Of a stretch of DNA of 64,000 nt, positions 60,105 to 64,000 are shown one piece after another. Positions within the stretch are counted from its first letter, which is position 1, and each line of letters starts with the position of its first letter. The position numbers were made by a program, and so were the translations under genes. A model generated the notes under the pieces. It did not search any database, was not told the DNA's origin, and saw only the letters and a list, made by a program, of their open reading frames with translations. Source of the DNA: Planctomycetota bacterium (lineage in GTDB: Bacteria > Planctomycetota > UBA1135 > UBA2386); the NCBI GenBank assembly GCA_965223545.1, contig OZ245006.1, positions 704,001 through 768,000 on the forward strand, read 5' to 3'.

Positions 60105-63100
60105 TGGCGCCAGTAGGTGCCCAGCACGTTGACGCCAGGCGCGTCGATCGTGGCGAGTCTGCGGCCGCTCGACAGCTCGAACACGTCGACCTTGCCGACA
60201 TCGCCGAGCGCGACGAACAGGAAGTTAGGCACCGAGGGAGGGGCAACGAAGCCCAAGATAGTCTTCACCGCCCCCTTGCCCGAGTGTCCCGTGGGCGGCA
60301 ACGGAATGTTCGGCGCGAGCTGATCCGCCGCCGCACCGTTGTTGACGATCTCGTCGACCGTCATGTCGACCGGCGAATTCCCGGAGAACAGATCCTTGAC
60401 CGGCGTCGTCGCGCCCACGCCACCGAACCGCTGGGTCACCGTCCACTCCTTCTGGCGGAAGGTCGGCGGGACGATGAACCCGCCCTGGTTCTGGTTGGTG
60501 GACAGCGCGCCGACCGGCGACGACGTCAGCGTCAATCGCGAAACCTGGCCGAGACCACCGTCGTCGACGTGGGCGACGAAGACCGCGCCGAAGTTGGTGA
60601 TCGCCGGGGCACCGCCCGACGAGTTGTAGTCGATCCTCAGCTTGCGGGCACGCTTGAACGAGACGTTCGGCACGCTGCCGATGATGTCGTCGAAGCCGAA
60701 GCCGTTGACGCCCGTCGGCCCCGACTCATAGATCGCGATCGTGCCATCGGCGTTCAAGATGTAGGCGTAGTAGATCGTGCTCAGGTTGCCGGTACCGTTG
60801 TAGCGCTCGGTCACGGCGACATCGACCGGCTGGTTGAGGAAGCCGGACACCACCTTGCGCACCGAGAAGTCGGTCGCACTGATGATGCTCGCCGTGTTCG
60901 ACGGCGTGCTCAGCACGATCACATCCTCGTTGTCAGGCTGGTAAACGACCGCGGTCGGACCCGGGTCGACCCGCGACTCGCCAATGATCGTATGGAAGGT
61001 CGGACTCAGCGGGTTGATATCGATGAAGGTCACCGAACCCGAGGAGAAGTTCGACACCGCCAGGTGCATCAGGTTGGGCGAAACCGCCATATCGATCGGG
61101 TCGGTCAGGCGAATCGTGTCCAGCACGGTCATCCGGTTGCTGTTGACGACCAACACCTGCCGGTTGTCCCTGTCGAGCACGTAGAGGAAATGACCGATCT
61201 GCTGCCGCGACGTGAAGGGGCAGAACGGCGTCGGCGGCGGCGGCGAGCCCGGCGGGGGCTGCGGCCCGTAGAACACGCCAGGCATCACTGCGCCGAACAC
61301 GCCGATCTCGCCCGGCTGCGACGAAAACGGGTTGCCGACGTTCAGCAGGTTGACCGGCGACGGGCTGCAGGGCGGCACGCTGACGAACACGGCCCCCGGC
61401 GGACCGGCCGACGAGGTCTGCGTCGGCTCCTGGCCGAAGATCGCGCGCGCCGGGTTGGGCGGCGGGAAGATCAGCGGCGGCGGGTTCGGGTGCGGCGCGA
61501 TGGCGATCGAGTTGCCCGGCTGGTTCAGGAACAGCAGCGGGTTGATCTGGTTGGACGCGTTCGAGTTGCGGTTGATGTTCTGGTTGTTGAACACCAGGTC
61601 CAGCGGGTTGCCCACCTGGATGTCGCCGATCTGGCCGATCAGCGGCTCGCGCAGCAAGCGCGTCTCGCCATTGGTGTCCTGCGTCATCGTGAACACACCG
61701 GCGCTGCCCGCGTTCAGGTTGGAGTCACCCGGCGACAGCGGCGGCACCACGCCCGGCGCGCCGACGTTGGGGTTGTTCGGGAATCGGGTGTTGTTGATGT
61801 CACCGGTGCCTTGCCCGAAACCGTTGAGGTCGATGACACCGAGCCCGGGCTCGGAGCCGCCCATGCCGACGTAGACGACCTCCGGACAGACCGGAGCATT
61901 GACCAAGCCCGGCCCGTCGCCGGTGGTGTAGTCGGTCGTCGCCGTGTTGCCCAGGTTGTTGATCGTCAGTCCACCGACGGTCGGCCCGTTCACGGTGACG
62001 TCGACCTGCGCCTGGCCGGGAATCGGGTAGGCCGGCTGCAACCGGTAGTTGCAGAAGTCGCCGAAGCCGACCGGGTCGGCGTAGTAGATCATCGGGAACG
62101 ACGAAGAGCCGCTCTGCACCTGAATGGTGACGCCGCCCGAATCCGGAATCAGGTTTTCGGGATCGAAGAAGGTGCCGACGTCGGCCGGCTGCACCGGCTT
62201 GTTGAAGCGGACCAAGATCGAGGTCGTGGGATCGACGTTGGTCTCGCCGTTGCCGGGGTTGATCTCCAGGCGGCTGCCCGAGATCACACCGAGCACGTCC
62301 GGAGGATTGGGATCGGCACCGACCGTGGTCGCAGTGCAGACCTCGTGCTCCAGCACCTTGTTCTCCGAGTTCCGCACCGCGTTGGTGACGATCACCCGCA
62401 ACAGGGTGTTGCTGGGGAAGGTCTCGACCGTCGACAGATCGCCATCGGCGTCCGGGACGAAGACGAACGACTGCGGCGCCACCAGATCGGTATCGCCGGT
62501 GAAGCCGGTCGGAAACCCTGCCGCCTCACCGTCCAGCACGACCACCGAGCCGCTCTGGTTTTCGACCGCCTGCACCAGCTCGAGCTGGCCGCCGCGGTTG
62601 AAGTAGGTGTAGCCACCGACGAAGCCACGGCCGTCGATGACCGTGGTCGCCTCCGTGGTCGGGTTGTAGGCCAGCAGGCTGACCGCCGTCGTCAAACCCG
62701 AGTTGGTCTGGTTGGCCAGCTGGTCGCTCAAGATGCTGTTGATGTCCAGCTTGTGGCTGAACCGCATCAGCAGGAACTGGTTGCCCGCCGCGCCGTTCGG
62801 CAGCGTCGCCGTCGTCGAGAACGTGGCCACCGGCAACACCTTGTTGGTGCCGCTGACGTTGTTCTTCAGCGTGTCCAAGTCCTCGATGTTGAGGACGGTC
62901 GTCGTCGGGTTGCCCTGTGCGTCCGCGGCGCGGATCCGATACGGGAAAACCTGACCAAGACCCGTCGAGATCAGCGAAACGCGAAACGCCCCGCGGTTGT
63001 CCGGGTCTCCAGAGCTGCCGCCGTCGCACGCCGGAAGCGCGCACAGGGCAGCAGCCATGAGTCCCAGACCAACCCGATGGGTGATCACGCCGAAGGAGGA

Positions 63101-63112
63101 GGTTCTGTTCAT
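60101..63112 (-). CDS. Large surface lipoprotein with Ig-like domain and YVTN-like propeller
   Basis: Lipobox (LPAC), P.NG.TNV.P...I.V.FNKPV Ig-like motif, Pro/Asn-rich linker, propeller-like repeats (P.D.AVSP, GP..V...P). Confidence 0.75.
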   Translation of the reverse strand: MNRTSSFGVITHRVGLGLMAAALCALPACDGGSSGDPDNRGAFRVSLISTGLGQVFPYRIRAADAQGNPTTTVLNIEDLDTLKNNVSGTNKVLPVATFSTTATLPNGAAGNQFLLMRFSHKLDINSILSDQLANQTNSGLTTAVSLLAYNPTTEATTVIDGRGFVGGYTYFNRGGQLELVQAVENQSGSVVVLDGEAAGFPTGFTGDTDLVAPQSFVFVPDADGDLSTVETFPSNTLLRVIVTNAVRNSENKVLEHEVCTATTVGADPNPPDVLGVISGSRLEINPGNGETNVDPTTSILVRFNKPVQPADVGTFFDPENLIPDSGGVTIQVQSGSSSFPMIYYADPVGFGDFCNYRLQPAYPIPGQAQVDVTVNGPTVGGLTINNLGNTATTDYTTGDGPGLVNAPVCPEVVYVGMGGSEPGLGVIDLNGFGQGTGDINNTRFPNNPNVGAPGVVPPLSPGDSNLNAGSAGVFTMTQDTNGETRLLREPLIGQIGDIQVGNPLDLVFNNQNINRNSNASNQINPLLFLNQPGNSIAIAPHPNPPPLIFPPPNPARAIFGQEPTQTSSAGPPGAVFVSVPPCSPSPVNLLNVGNPFSSQPGEIGVFGAVMPGVFYGPQPPPGSPPPPTPFCPFTSRQQIGHFLYVLDRDNRQVLVVNSNRMTVLDTIRLTDPIDMAVSPNLMHLAVSNFSSGSVTFIDINPLSPTFHTIIGESRVDPGPTAVVYQPDNEDVIVLSTPSNTASIISATDFSVRKVVSGFLNQPVDVAVTERYNGTGNLSTIYYAYILNADGTIAIYESGPTGVNGFGFDDIIGSVPNVSFKRARKLRIDYNSSGGAPAITNFGAVFVAHVDDGGLGQVSRLTLTSSPVGALSTNQNQGGFIVPPTFRQKEWTVTQRFGGVGATTPVKDLFSGNSPVDMTVDEIVNNGAAADQLAPNIPLPPTGHSGKGAVKTILGFVAPPSVPNFLFVALGDVGKVDVFELSSGRRLATIDAPGVNVLGTYWRQ

Positions 63113-63699
63113 CGCAGAGATTGCCGACCGCTGCCGGGTCGCGAGAGGGGTCGAAAAGGGCTTGGACAGTGAAACTTACCCGCTGGCCCCCACCAAACAA
63201 GCCACCGCAAGGGGTCCACCGGAGCTGTCCGACAGCCCATCCCGACACGAGTACGCGCCGGGCGGACCGCCGGAGAGCGTGGTCGTCGCCACGCCATGGC
63301 GGGATCCCCTCACGTGCGCGGTGGCGGCGGGCCCAGGTCGCTCACACGGAGGTTCCGATACCAACTGACTCGCCCGAACGCCGCCACCGGGTGCGGCAAA
63401 CCGCGAATTCTGCCGCTGCCGTCGAAGCCTGGCCCGGAGGCGGGGTCGCGCAGCGCATCGATCGGTGTTGGACATCTCGTCAGCCAGGGTCGGAAACCCA
63501 GCTCTCTTCAAGGGGCGTGCCGCCACCCAAAGCTCGGCAAAGTCGCCCGTTTTGACGGACCGCTGACCCGATCGGAGGACACCCGATGCCCCCCCGGGTG
63601 AGCGGTTGCGCACATGCGACTTCGCACACCCGGCGGCCGCCGACCACTTGCCCCCGCGCTCGCGCATGTCGGGCCCCGCGGTTACGTTGCGACGCACCG

Positions 63700-64000
63700 A
63701 TGATCTTCGACCGCGACCCCCAGCCCGGCGAGGTGGAGTTCGACCGCGCGCTGCGCCCCGGCAGCTTGGCGGAGTTCATCGGCCAAGAGCGTGTGCGCGA
63801 GAACCTCCGCGTGGCCATCGCCGCCGCCCGCGCCCGACAAGAACCGCTCGATCACGTGATCTTCGCCGGCCCTCCCGGCCTCGGCAAGACCACGCTCGCC
63901 CACCTGATCGCCTCGGAGATGGGCACCAACCTGACGGTGAGCTCCGGGCCCGCGCTCGCCAGTCCGCGGGACGTGGCCGGCGCACTGACCCGTCAGGAGC
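63700..64000 (+). CDS. ruvB: Holliday junction helicase RuvB (5' part; runs off the window edge)
   Basis: Translated by hand: LRP..L.EFIGQ...[18 protein letters not shown]...SSGP. Confidence 0.95.
   Translation, partial: MIFDRDPQPGEVEFDRALRPGSLAEFIGQERVRENLRVAIAAARARQEPLDHVIFAGPPGLGKTTLAHLIASEMGTNLTVSSGPALASPRDVAGALTRQE

Noticed and set aside
63113..63699. Riboswitch or tRNA in the long intergenic region (GGCAAACC resembles c-di-GMP-I)
   Set aside because: The remaining consensus elements and any tRNA cloverleaf were not found.

Overview
High-GC bacterial chromosomal segment, most likely from a Planctomycetota member (inferred from a Rhodopirellula-type ECF sigma/Ser-Thr kinase pair, a planctomycete-style secretin-like protein and a ResB/CcsA locus). 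It is densely coding, with about 50 genes. Housekeeping genes include ccsA/resB, tatA, sucCD, dcd, smc, nrdR, mnmE, yidC, miaA, rsmG, hisS, nadD, mutL, holA, ubiE/menG and ruvB. Accessory content includes two large secreted SBBP beta-propeller proteins sharing a C-terminal domain and flanking an ECF/kinase pair, a nucleotidyltransferase pseudogene, a serine hydrolase-VanX fusion, DprE1/DprE2-like enzymes, and an M16 pair/GNAT/B12-radical SAM run. The most unusual items are: an alanine/glycine:cation symporter carrying a WD40 propeller near its N-terminus, next to a YfcC transporter with a repeat-rich loop insert; a shared putative C-terminal sorting domain; nrdR coupled to a stand-alone ATP-cone gene under a palindrome-bearing promoter; and recurrent leaderless-type starts. 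I saw no rRNA, tRNA, CRISPR array, transposase or integrase. All calls come from reading motifs by eye, with no database searches.
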